A stretch of 64,000 nt of DNA from Cyanobacteriota bacterium (GCA_046045965.1 JBJOKS010000002.1:64001-128000), one strand, 5' to 3'. Numbered from the stretch's first letter, positions 10,097 to 19,177 are shown. Notes: a model not told the origin generated them from the letters alone. Numbers and translations: made by a program.

Positions 10097-10363
10097 ATGG
10101 GTTGTCTTGCTATTTTCCTAAATTTATTGTTTCCTGGGTTGGGAACTCTGTTATTTACCAATAAAAAAGTTGCAGGATTTATTCAGTTGTTGTTATGTAT
10201 TATTAACGATATCCTGATTTTAGGAACTCTAGGAATTTGGCTTTTCTTTGGTCTGTTCATTCATATAGGATTTTTTGCCTGGGCGTTAGCATCTACCATT
10301 GGTTTTATGAGTGAACGAGCAGCGAAAAAAGCAATTCAAGAAGAGAGGGAACGTCAAGGTTAA
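10097..10363 (+). CDS. Small membrane protein (TM2-like PGLG motif)
   Basis: LNLLFPGLG motif, ~3 hydrophobic segments, GAGGT RBS. Confidence 0.7.
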   Translation: MGCLAIFLNLLFPGLGTLLFTNKKVAGFIQLLLCIINDILILGTLGIWLFFGLFIHIGFFAWALASTIGFMSERAAKKAIQEERERQG

Positions 10364-10484
10364 TTTATGGCAAATTTACCCCATCGCATTCTAATCTAGC
10401 AATAATTTAATATCACGTTTGGTATTTACAAACAACAAAAGGCAGATTTGCCTGTCGTGATGAGATTATAAAAAGGAGAAAATA

Positions 10485-11585
10485 ATGAAGAGATTGACTG
10501 GATACCTCCTGATACTATCATTGTTAGCTAGTTGTGGAAAAAGCCCAGAACAAGCAAGAAAAGACCTGTTTGCAATGGGTTTACAATTTGATAAAAATAC
10601 TTTTTACCAAGTTACATATAAATGCGATCTCCTACCGATTGATGACTTTTTGATAGGAGGAATGGAACCAGGATATGGTTTACTAGGGGCATCTGAAGGT
10701 GGCTGTGTTCAAATTGTCAAGAAGTTAGTTAGTAAAACTAAAGATAAATCCTACTTAGCTAATGCTCTTTATGCTGCTGTAGATCAAGAGCCTCAACCTC
10801 AATACACAGAAATTATTAAGATTTTACTTAATGCAGGAGTAGACCCTAACATTAGTATTGAAAATAAACAATCTTATCTTACTGTTGCAGCAGAGCGAAA
10901 TAATCTGGAAGTAGTGGAATTATTAATTAATAAAGGAGCTAATCCTCAAGATATTGATGGTGTAAACTCCTCAGCTTTAGTTGCTGCTGCTGCTAAGAGC
11001 GAAGAAATCACAAAAATTTTACTTGATAAAGGGGCAAACCCTAGTTCTGTAGGATGTGGTGACAACCATTGCACAGCTTTATCGCAAGCTGTTTTATCAG
11101 GAAATCAAGCGACTGTGAAGTTGTTATTAGATAAGGGAGCAGTGGTTAAAGATGGTAAAGATGGTAACTCTCTGTCATTAGAACAAGCAGTATATATATC
11201 TAATCCAGACCTGATCAAATTATTAGTCAATGCAGGGGCTGATCCCAATCAAAAAGGTTCTTGGAATCATTCTTTACTTGTCGGTGTGGTCAAAAGATAT
11301 GACGTGAATCTACCAATCCTCAAAGCTCTTTTGGAAGCAGGAGCAAAACCTAATGAGGAAGATGGCAACTCTTTGGCTTTGTCTGAAGTAGTACGATATA
11401 GGCAAAATGCTGAAGCAGTAGAACTTTTATTAAAACATGGTGCTAATCCAAATACAATTTCATCGGTTTTTATCAATACACCTAGAACTGTATTGGATGA
11501 GGCTTCAAGTGAAATCGCTGTAATTTTAAAGAAGTATGGAGCAGTTTCTGGTAATCAGCTTAATAAATCAAAACCACAAAGTTAG
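10485..11585 (+). CDS. Ankyrin-repeat lipoprotein
   Basis: Lipobox LLASC; repeated L..A......V.LLL..GA.PN units; AAGGAG RBS. Confidence 0.88.
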   Translation: MKRLTGYLLILSLLASCGKSPEQARKDLFAMGLQFDKNTFYQVTYKCDLLPIDDFLIGGMEPGYGLLGASEGGCVQIVKKLVSKTKDKSYLANALYAAVDQEPQPQYTEIIKILLNAGVDPNISIENKQSYLTVAAERNNLEVVELLINKGANPQDIDGVNSSALVAAAAKSEEITKILLDKGANPSSVGCGDNHCTALSQAVLSGNQATVKLLLDKGAVVKDGKDGNSLSLEQAVYISNPDLIKLLVNAGADPNQKGSWNHSLLVGVVKRYDVNLPILKALLEAGAKPNEEDGNSLALSEVVRYRQNAEAVELLLKHGANPNTISSVFINTPRTVLDEASSEIAVILKKYGAVSGNQLNKSKPQS

Positions 11586-11685
11586 TTTGGTAACAATTTT
11601 AGCAGAAGTGTAGAATGCTAAAAAAACTACCATAAAAATTGCCAAATATTCAAATTATCCAAATAGCCAACACAAGGATTAGTAT

Positions 11686-12165
11686 ATGCAGGTAAATCAA
11701 ATAATTGCTACTGGGTTAATTATCACCAATATTATTTTCTTGTTTTCATCAGTAGCAGAAGCACAAAACACAAAATTTACTGTTGAATGTAATGCAGCTT
11801 TACAAAGGGCAAAAAAACAAATTCAAAAAAATAGAAAAGTCAAAGTTGTTCATACAGATCAAGAAGATATTTCTCAACATTACAAACATGACAAAAGCTA
11901 TCCTCAAAATCGTCCATTTTCCTATGAGTTTGGTTTGAGAGGAGCAGCGACAGAATCTATCTTAAATTCTGATAAGTTATTAACTATAATTGCCAAAGAC
12001 ATTATAGATAATTGTCCATCAATTAGCATGATTAAATTTGGAGAATATGCAACTGATCATGGTGGGGCTATCGGTTTATTGAGAAATAACAAAGTTGAAC
12101 CTTTTGAATGTGTCGATCCAGGAGAAAACATCAAATTAAGTTGGGGACAAATCGTTTGCATTTAG
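11686..12165 (+). CDS. Hypothetical secreted protein (4 Cys)
   Basis: Signal peptide ending AEA-Q; AAGGA RBS. Confidence 0.75.
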   Translation: MQVNQIIATGLIITNIIFLFSSVAEAQNTKFTVECNAALQRAKKQIQKNRKVKVVHTDQEDISQHYKHDKSYPQNRPFSYEFGLRGAATESILNSDKLLTIIAKDIIDNCPSISMIKFGEYATDHGGAIGLLRNNKVEPFECVDPGENIKLSWGQIVCI

Positions 12166-12208
12166 ATAACAGATAATAGCTAACAAAACTTATTTATTTG
12201 GACAAAAA

Positions 12209-12742
12209 ATGAAAACCTTGTTTATCAACTTCACAATAACAACTGCATTAATTACAGTTATGTCACCTTTAGCATTTGCAGCACCAAAATCAGGATCAAA
12301 ACTTCCTTCAGGTGCTTATTATACTCCAGGAAGTATGTTTAATAATTCTTGGAGAGAGATTTTAAATCGTAATGGAAAAATTTGCATCAAAATAATTGAT
12401 GGACCTCCTAGTAATACAAAAGGACTAGAAGAAATAATGATTAGTAGTGTATCAAATCGAGGAGGTAAACTTTATATTGATGGTAAAAATCAGGAAATTC
12501 AGATAGACAGAGTAAGTAGAAAAAATCCACAGTATGAATTTTTAAGTCCCAGTGACTTTAACAGTATTCTAGCTGCTTTTGGTGATAATACTGGTGGTGC
12601 TGCTGCTTGGGTATTGTTTACAGGAAATAATTCTGATTCTCGTACTACTCCAGAGCAAAATAAGAGAATGCAGGAATGTATAAATACTAAAGGTAAGTAT
12701 GTCCGCAAAATCAAAGGTAGAATGCTGCAAGGACAATTTTAG
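12209..12742 (+). CDS. Hypothetical secreted protein
   Basis: Signal peptide ending AFA-A; 177 aa, two Cys. Confidence 0.75.
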   Translation: MKTLFINFTITTALITVMSPLAFAAPKSGSKLPSGAYYTPGSMFNNSWREILNRNGKICIKIIDGPPSNTKGLEEIMISSVSNRGGKLYIDGKNQEIQIDRVSRKNPQYEFLSPSDFNSILAAFGDNTGGAAAWVLFTGNNSDSRTTPEQNKRMQECINTKGKYVRKIKGRMLQGQF

Positions 12743-12833
12743 ATAATAAAAGAATTGAACAAAATGCAAAGAAATTTTAGCCAGTTAACAAGATTTTTGA
12801 TAATGACTTTTGTTAAAATACAGGACTAAATTT

Positions 12834-13340
12834 ATGAAATTTTCCCAGCTTAAAAACATCATTCTATGCTTCATATCTTGGTTTGGCTGGTTAGCATATA
12901 TCATCTGGAGTTTGTGTTATCTGATCTTGATGATATCTGTAGGTGTAGTCATACTAATTATACCCATCATAGCTTATATATTTTTTGCCATTACTTCTGT
13001 TATGTCCAGACTGGTACTAGGAGCGATAGGAATTGGTGATAATTACACTAACTATAATAGCCAATTTGAACTTACTCCCAGCGATAGTATAGGCTATACT
13101 CTGACGAAAGCTATAACATCTATTGTTCGCTTTATCTTTAAGCTAATTTTTGTACTACCTCTTAAATTATTTATTGGTAGTTATACAGGTATGTCAATGG
13201 AAACCCCTATAGCTGAAATTCCGGGTTATATATTAGAAAGTATTAGCTATTTACGTCCTCCACATCGTTTCAGCTTTTACAGTGGTATTATCAGTTTTCC
13301 ATTGATAATTGCAGTCTATTTTTATTTTACTAAAACCTGA
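12834..13340 (+). CDS. Hypothetical membrane protein
   Basis: Highly hydrophobic; ATG 12834 with AGGA upstream preferred over TTG 12810. Confidence 0.65.
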   Translation: MKFSQLKNIILCFISWFGWLAYIIWSLCYLILMISVGVVILIIPIIAYIFFAITSVMSRLVLGAIGIGDNYTNYNSQFELTPSDSIGYTLTKAITSIVRFIFKLIFVLPLKLFIGSYTGMSMETPIAEIPGYILESISYLRPPHRFSFYSGIISFPLIIAVYFYFTKT

Positions 13341-13355
13341 AAATTTTTCCCCTTT

Positions 13356-13385
13356 TTGCAACACGGAATGAATCTGGTTCGTATA
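13356..13385 (+). promoter_or_regulatory. Putative ECF-sigma promoter copy 3
   Basis: TTGCAAC 13356-13362, 17-nt spacer, CGTATA 13380-13385; 28 nt from the -10 identical to copy 2. Confidence 0.78.
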
Positions 13386-13448
13386 TAGATTGTGGACGAT
13401 ATCAAACGTCAATCAATCTGTAAATACAATAATGGGAGGAATAATTAC

Positions 13449-13997
13449 ATGAAAACCAAAATACTATTCAACATGAGCGTGGTTTTAATACTAATTGGTG
13501 TTAATTTACTGCCAGTTTATGCTCAAAAAGACAATAATCGGAGTTATATTGGACTCCGCTACCTTGGTCCCCGTCTTCCTTACACCCTTCCAGTGTACCT
13601 TGACCACCCCAAGGGTATTCAATATTTTGGTAGCTGGACAGTTGACGATGCTGAATATCCAAAACTACCCATATATGGAATCAGTCGTGTTAAAAAGGGA
13701 AACCAGGAAATGTTATGGTTGGAAATGGTTGTAGATAGAGACAGAAAAGGAAATCCAAGTAAATGGTTAGTTCTAGATGTATTCAATGTTCCTAAAACGG
13801 ACAAATCCTCAACTTTTGCCTATTCTTGTCAACGTAATGGTGTTGGTGATCCGGGAATAATTGTGATCGCTAAACTTCAAAATTCCCAAGATTTAAGGCA
13901 AATTCAAAAAGCTTGGCGTGCTAATCAGAAAACAAGAAAGTTTGAACCAATTAGTACCAAAGGTATAGTTTGTCAAAACCTGGATCTTTATCCTTAA
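13449..13997 (+). CDS. Hypothetical secreted protein
   Basis: GGGAGGA RBS before ATG 13449; signal peptide ending VYA-Q. Confidence 0.78.
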   Translation: MKTKILFNMSVVLILIGVNLLPVYAQKDNNRSYIGLRYLGPRLPYTLPVYLDHPKGIQYFGSWTVDDAEYPKLPIYGISRVKKGNQEMLWLEMVVDRDRKGNPSKWLVLDVFNVPKTDKSSTFAYSCQRNGVGDPGIIVIAKLQNSQDLRQIQKAWRANQKTRKFEPISTKGIVCQNLDLYP

Positions 13998-14061
13998 TAC
14001 AGCAATAATAATTCAATTTTTATTAATAGGGATGGTGTAGATTAAATACTAACTCTATAAG

Positions 14062-14256
14062 TCAGCCTCTGGAAACTGCTCTATCGCTAATTTCATCCAT
14101 CAATTTACCAAGAAAATCAACTTCCTCATTCAGATCCTCTCGTAAAAATAAACTAACCAGCGTTACCAAAGATTGCTTTTTCCGTTCTGTTGCTTTTTGA
14201 TAGGCTTGAGCAACTTTAGGACTCACTTTGATTGTAATTTCTTCACTAATCTGCAT
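14062..14256 (-). pseudogene. Small antitoxin-like gene, probably 3'-truncated
   Basis: ITIKVSPKVAQAYQKA...LMDEISDRAVSRG resembles small cyanobacterial antitoxin-like proteins; frame slips at AGAGGCTGACT; no partner toxin downstream. Confidence 0.45.
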
Positions 14257-14323
14257 AGTCAAGACTTGTTGATAGTATTGGTATTATTATATCGGATCAG
14301 GGCGATTGCAGCGATCGCTCTCC

Positions 14324-14363
14324 AAAAAATTATCAACAAATATAAAAAACTATCAACAAATAT
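14324..14363 (+). repeat. 20-bp tandem direct repeat AAAAAA(T/C)TATCAACAAATAT
   Basis: Two copies, one mismatch, abutting the -35 of promoter copy 4. Confidence 0.9.
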
Positions 14364-14393
14364 TTGCAACACGAGTTAATTATTTTTCGTATA
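14364..14393 (+). promoter_or_regulatory. Putative ECF-sigma promoter copy 4 (autoregulatory position)
   Basis: TTGCAAC 14364-14370, 17-nt spacer, CGTATA 14388-14393; 54 nt upstream of sigma ATG 14448. Confidence 0.78.
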
Positions 14394-14447
14394 AATAGTA
14401 GAGATATTGTATACTTAATGATGTTATTACTACAATGTCATAAGTCT

Positions 14448-15110
14448 ATGGATGATTTCAACCTCCACCTGCAATCTCTCATTCAAGAAGCTTGCACGTA
14501 CCCCAAAAACACCCCCCAGCATCGTAAAGCAATTAACAATTTGCTCCGATCTCTCCTGAAATCAGGACGTATTTGGAGGCCACCAGCAGGGAATGATAAC
14601 AACAAGGATATTTATGAAGAAGCATTACAAAAAACTCTGATTGATTTAGACAATAAAACATTATTTGAGAAATACGATCCAAATCAAGGTTCATTCCTAC
14701 CTTGGTTTAACAGATGTTTAGAAAACAAGTACAAAGATGAAATAAGAAAAGTTAAGCGTTATCAAAAGCGGATACAGTCTGTCTTAGAAAATGATGAAAT
14801 TTATATTGATCCATCAGAGCAAATTGTTTCTACCATAGATGCAACCTTACTCACTCCAATTTGGGAATCATTTGTACAATGGATTAAAGAAGATCCTGAT
14901 AATATTCTGAAAGATTGTCACATCAGAAATAACCCAAAAGCTAACTGTCAATTATTTGCTGAATTGAACCGTATCCAAGGAAAAAAATGGAAAGAAATAG
15001 CTGATGAAGTTGGATCACCGCAGGGTTCGTTGAGATCCCATTGGAATAGAAAATGTGAACCATTGCTGCAAAAATGGTTAGAAGAAAATCAAAAATTATT
15101 GGGAGAATAA
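14448..15110 (+). CDS. Sigma-70 family ECF-like sigma factor
   Basis: Region-2-like DIYEEALQKT...YDPNQGSFLPWFN and region-4 HTH GKKWKEIADEVG; ATG 14448 chosen because TTG 14364 falls inside the promoter motif. Confidence 0.78.
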   Translation: MDDFNLHLQSLIQEACTYPKNTPQHRKAINNLLRSLLKSGRIWRPPAGNDNNKDIYEEALQKTLIDLDNKTLFEKYDPNQGSFLPWFNRCLENKYKDEIRKVKRYQKRIQSVLENDEIYIDPSEQIVSTIDATLLTPIWESFVQWIKEDPDNILKDCHIRNNPKANCQLFAELNRIQGKKWKEIADEVGSPQGSLRSHWNRKCEPLLQKWLEENQKLLGE

Positions 15111-15114
15111 AACT

Positions 15115-16047
15115 ATGAATAATAAACTAGATAAACTAAATGTATTACATGATCTAGCTATTCCCTTTCCCATTAGTGCATCATTTCGTCACCAAGCTAG
15201 AACATACTCAGCACAATATTTTACACCAAATCTTCAACAAAGAATTTATTTGAATACCTTAGCTGTATTTGTTGCTGATGCTTATTTGCGGATGCTCGGT
15301 TTTAAGACTAATCTCAATCAACCAGAAAGATGGAATCCCATCCTTCGTTTATGGAGTGAAGCTAACGAATTAGAATTATTAGGATTGGGTAATTTAGAAT
15401 GTTGTGTGATTGCAAAAGATCAGGAAACATTAATTTTACCATCTGATACTGTTAGTAATAACATCGGCTATTTATTTATAGAAATTGCTGATTCAGAAAA
15501 ACAAGCCGTCTTAATAGGTTTTTTACCTGATTTTGATACTGAAGCTGCTAATGAAGAAGTAAAAATCACCGATTTACAATCTATGGATGATTTAATTGAT
15601 TATTTATCTCAAAAAGAAACATCTTCCCTAGCAGCAACAGCAGCAATTGATGAGCTATCCCTAGAATTTGCTGAAAAAAAAATTACTTATTTAAGAAATT
15701 GGTTGAATAATATTTATGAGGGAGATTGGCAACCCTCAATGCGCGATCTGAAAAATGCTACCTGCAACAAAAATATCTCCCTAGCAGGACAAATATTTAA
15801 AATGCAGCTTTCCGTTTCTCAAAACAGTGAGGAATTAGTTACTGTTAGAGTCATTGTCCAGAGTGAAAATACTCTTTTACCTATGGGTATGCAGGTGAGT
15901 GTACCAGACGAATCTGATATTTATACAGAAACAGTTGATCAACCTGCGGATTTGATATCTATACCCCTAGAATTATCTCCAGGTGATGAATTTTGGGTAG
16001 AATTGCGGTTAGGAGAAACCTTTGTTAGAGAATATTTCATTGCTTAA
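15115..16047 (+). CDS. DUF1822-like protein (candidate anti-sigma factor)
   Basis: IYLNTLAV.VADAYL..LG, LGLGNLEC, IGYLFIEI, LIGFL, LRNWL...EGDWQ and terminal PGDEFWVELRLG motifs typical of DUF1822 proteins. Confidence 0.8.
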   Translation: MNNKLDKLNVLHDLAIPFPISASFRHQARTYSAQYFTPNLQQRIYLNTLAVFVADAYLRMLGFKTNLNQPERWNPILRLWSEANELELLGLGNLECCVIAKDQETLILPSDTVSNNIGYLFIEIADSEKQAVLIGFLPDFDTEAANEEVKITDLQSMDDLIDYLSQKETSSLAATAAIDELSLEFAEKKITYLRNWLNNIYEGDWQPSMRDLKNATCNKNISLAGQIFKMQLSVSQNSEELVTVRVIVQSENTLLPMGMQVSVPDESDIYTETVDQPADLISIPLELSPGDEFWVELRLGETFVREYFIA

Positions 16048-16059
16048 ACAGGAGTTTCT

Positions 16060-18306
16060 ATGACTTGGAAAATCTCCTTTAAAATTGGTGGTAGAGTACA
16101 ACTGAATAATTCTGAACTTTTACCAGTCACCCTTGCTATTTATGATCAAGATGGACAAATAGAAGAACTGGTTTCTTTTCTTTCTCCTCTCCCACAATCT
16201 TTATCAAATAAGTTTAAAGATTGGCAAGATTATATTGGTTTACAAGGAGATAGAAAAGTTCCAAAAAATCGGGAAAATCGGACTTCTGGAGTAATTAATC
16301 TCACAGAATTAGCCAATTCTTTGAAAGCAGAATTAAACAAATGGTTAGGTAGAGATGGTTGGGTTGATGAAAATGGAAAACCAGATCCCCGTGTGAGTTT
16401 AGTTTTAGAAAAATTCCGGGAGAAAATAACTCAAAAAGATGAAGTTCAGATTATTGTCCAAACAGAAGATCGACAATTGCGGGGTCTTCCTTGGCAAGAA
16501 TGGGATACTTTGGCAGGGTATACTAGCAGTGGTGTAGAAGTTGCTATTAGTGCGACTAATTTTAAACGGTTGACGCAAAAGCAAACCCCACAATTAAAAG
16601 CAACTGCTCGGATATTGGTGGTATTTGGTGATGAAAAACTTGATTTTGCAGAAGAAATCAGTTTTATTAAAAGTTTGGAACAACATGGTGGTGATCCCCA
16701 TATCCTTAGACAACCTACACGCAAACAGTTAGAAGAGAAATTACAAGATAGTCAAGGTTGGCACATTTTCTTTTTTGCTGGCCATAGTGAAAGCGATCGC
16801 AATGGACGTATTGGACGGATTCAAATTAATCCCGCCGATGGGGAAGAAGGAATTATTGAAATTGCTGAATTGAAAGATTTATTAGCAGGTACAATTCAGA
16901 AAAAGTTACAAATAGCTATCTTTAATTCTTGTGATGGTTTGGGATTAGCAAATCAATTAACTGAGCTATCTTTGCCTTATTGTATTGTTATGCGCGAAAG
17001 GGTTGAATCTACCGTAGCTAGAGAATTATTAAGGCATTTTTTGGAGGCATTTGTACAAGATCGCTCTTTATTTGCATCTATGAATTATGCCAGACAACAG
17101 TTACAAAAGAAATTTGAACCCGGTAAAAGTTGGCTTCCTGTAATTGTTGCTAACCCCTTAGCGAAAGAAGTAACTTGGAATCGTTTATTTTCTGAAAGAA
17201 GGTTATCTTGGCAATGGGAAATATTTTTAGGAATGATAGCGATCGCCATGCTTATTTGCCTACCTCTTGGTATATTCACTGAATTTAATGGACGGGAAAC
17301 TTTAACACTTTACGCTCAACTTTATCCGCACATTACAGTTTATCCTTCCCTGTTTCTTTGGATGTCTCTATTTGCAGCTTATAGAGCGCATTGTATGATT
17401 AGAGTGCAAACACGCTCTTTTTTAATTTTAACATTGGTGACAATTTTTATGACTTTCGCTGCATTATTTTTTGAGCTTAATGGCGATCGCATGATGTTAT
17501 TAGAATTTAATTACCAAGCGATGACAACAATTAAAGCTGAAAATCTTGAAAAACTCTATTCAGATTGGGGAACTTCACAAGCAGAGATTAAAAATATTCC
17601 CCAGGGAATTTTTAATATTCATCAATCTTTTGATAATCAAGGAAATTTAATCATTAAAAAATCAGAGTTAGAACCAGCTATAAAACGATTGCAAAAAAGC
17701 AATAATAAAACTGCATTTCAAGGACTTTTTAGAATTGCTACATCTTATCAAGTGTGGCAACAAAATTATCAAGCATTTTCTCTAAATAGATGGTTTTACG
17801 CTCTAAATTTTCTCAGTATTGTTGCTTGTGGTATGCAGATTTTAGCACTGGTTTCCAATATTCTGTTTGTTCCAGATTCTATTTTTAATAAAAATAAATA
17901 CTTGACATATTTGATTATCTGTGAGTTGGGTATTCTCCTATGGTTGCCTTTTCAAAGTTACACCATAGAACATACCAAAAGTCTCTTATTCTCATATAAT
18001 TTTCGAGGTTCTCTAGCTGGAATGAATGTGATTATTTATGCGATTATTACTATACTGTTTTTTACCACTATTAGCAGTATCTATAAAAGTGCTACCAAAA
18101 AATATCAACCTATTTTGTTGTCATTTTTATTAGGTAGTTTAGGTTTGACTTTACTGAGTAGTATTTTTGGTGTTTCTTTGATTGATCATCTATTTGGGAT
18201 CAGCAGTACCGATCCTTTGACTCCTTGGTTTGCAAGTATCGTTTTTTCTGCTCCTTTATTTTTCTTACTTGTGCGTTGGATTGATTTACGAGTAGGTGAT
18301 GATTAA
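16060..18306 (+). CDS. CHAT (caspase-like) protease with ~8 C-terminal TM helices
   Basis: LPWQEWD, HIFFFAGHS (His) and IAIFNSCDG (Cys) dyad motifs, SWLPVI domain end; hydrophobic C-terminal half. Confidence 0.85.
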   Translation: MTWKISFKIGGRVQLNNSELLPVTLAIYDQDGQIEELVSFLSPLPQSLSNKFKDWQDYIGLQGDRKVPKNRENRTSGVINLTELANSLKAELNKWLGRDGWVDENGKPDPRVSLVLEKFREKITQKDEVQIIVQTEDRQLRGLPWQEWDTLAGYTSSGVEVAISATNFKRLTQKQTPQLKATARILVVFGDEKLDFAEEISFIKSLEQHGGDPHILRQPTRKQLEEKLQDSQGWHIFFFAGHSESDRNGRIGRIQINPADGEEGIIEIAELKDLLAGTIQKKLQIAIFNSCDGLGLANQLTELSLPYCIVMRERVESTVARELLRHFLEAFVQDRSLFASMNYARQQLQKKFEPGKSWLPVIVANPLAKEVTWNRLFSERRLSWQWEIFLGMIAIAMLICLPLGIFTEFNGRETLTLYAQLYPHITVYPSLFLWMSLFAAYRAHCMIRVQTRSFLILTLVTIFMTFAALFFELNGDRMMLLEFNYQAMTTIKAENLEKLYSDWGTSQAEIKNIPQGIFNIHQSFDNQGNLIIKKSELEPAIKRLQKSNNKTAFQGLFRIATSYQVWQQNYQAFSLNRWFYALNFLSIVACGMQILALVSNILFVPDSIFNKNKYLTYLIICELGILLWLPFQSYTIEHTKSLLFSYNFRGSLAGMNVIIYAIITILFFTTISSIYKSATKKYQPILLSFLLGSLGLTLLSSIFGVSLIDHLFGISSTDPLTPWFASIVFSAPLFFLLVRWIDLRVGDD

Positions 18307-18308
18307 AT

Positions 18309-18920
18309 ATGGAAAATCAGCAATTATATCAAGAACGAAAAAAAGTAATTCTGATTGTATTTTTTGCCTACATTCTGCCAGTTTTACTTGTGTTTTTAGA
18401 ATTAATTCCTTTTTCCTGGCGGTTTTATGTGCTAATTTTGGCGGCTATATTGGTAGTAGGAATCGCCTACCTATACCGATTTTCTCCTGTAGAATTGGGA
18501 TTTACAAACAATAACTTGGGAAAATCTTTGACAGCGATAGCCATACCAACATTAATTTTTGCTGGGTTGATGTTTGTTTATTATTTGACTCATGGATCGC
18601 GCATAGACAACTCAGCATATCAATGGATATTTTACCTTTTCTTTGTGGGTGTATCTTCTCCCATACAAGAATTTTTATATCGCGGGTTTTTATTTGCTAT
18701 TTTTAAGAGAGCAAAATTTGCCCCTTGGGTACAGATTATACTTTCTACCTTACTTTACAGTTTTGTGCATCTGATTTATAGAGATATACCCACGCTGGTA
18801 TTTACATTTATTATTGGTATATTTTGGGGCTGGAACTACGCCAAGTTTGGTAATTTATATAGTGTCATTATTAGTCATTCTTTATTAGGAGCGATCGCTA
18901 TTCTCGTGGGTTTGGTATAA
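18309..18920 (+). CDS. CPBP (CAAX/Abi) family intramembrane protease
   Basis: PIQEFLYRG, FVHL, IISHSLLG motifs in a polytopic membrane protein. Confidence 0.85.
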   Translation: MENQQLYQERKKVILIVFFAYILPVLLVFLELIPFSWRFYVLILAAILVVGIAYLYRFSPVELGFTNNNLGKSLTAIAIPTLIFAGLMFVYYLTHGSRIDNSAYQWIFYLFFVGVSSPIQEFLYRGFLFAIFKRAKFAPWVQIILSTLLYSFVHLIYRDIPTLVFTFIIGIFWGWNYAKFGNLYSVIISHSLLGAIAILVGLV

Positions 18921-18986
18921 GTGTCAAAAAAATTTTTTTACTATTTGCAACACAGGATAAACAGAGAGCGTATATAAAGTAAGCCT
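18894..18986 (+). repeat. Right copy of ~92 bp direct repeat
   Basis: Matches 6356-6447; begins inside HIP1 site 18891-18898. Confidence 0.95.
18945..18974 (+). promoter_or_regulatory. Putative ECF-sigma promoter copy 5 (no downstream gene)
   Basis: TTGCAAC 18945-18951, 17-nt spacer, CGTATA 18969-18974. Confidence 0.72.
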
Positions 18987-19146
18987 GTTTAAGAAATTAC
19001 ATCTCAAATAATTAGATGATTTCTTTAAGAGGTTATCTGCAAAGTTTTCGACGAATATAAAAAAGGTGACATCATGACTATTACTGGTGATTCTAAAAAT
19101 AACCTGACTTGCATCTCTGCTCCTCAAAAAACACAATAATAATTTT

Positions 19147-19177
19147 GTAGGGGTAAAGCACTTTGCTAAACCCTTAC
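19147..19177. terminator. GTAG-type imperfect hairpin downstream of cheA (REP-like or terminator)
   Basis: GTAGGGGTAAAGCA..TGCTAAACCCTTAC; similar element at 58198. Confidence 0.5.

Noticed and set aside
13392..13448. GTG start of the 201-aa ORF
   Set aside because: Lies in the shared leader; the strong RBS and signal peptide point to ATG 13449
14364..14447. 28-aa N-terminal extension of the sigma ORF from TTG
   Set aside because: Overlaps the putative promoter boxes; ATG 14448 is more plausible
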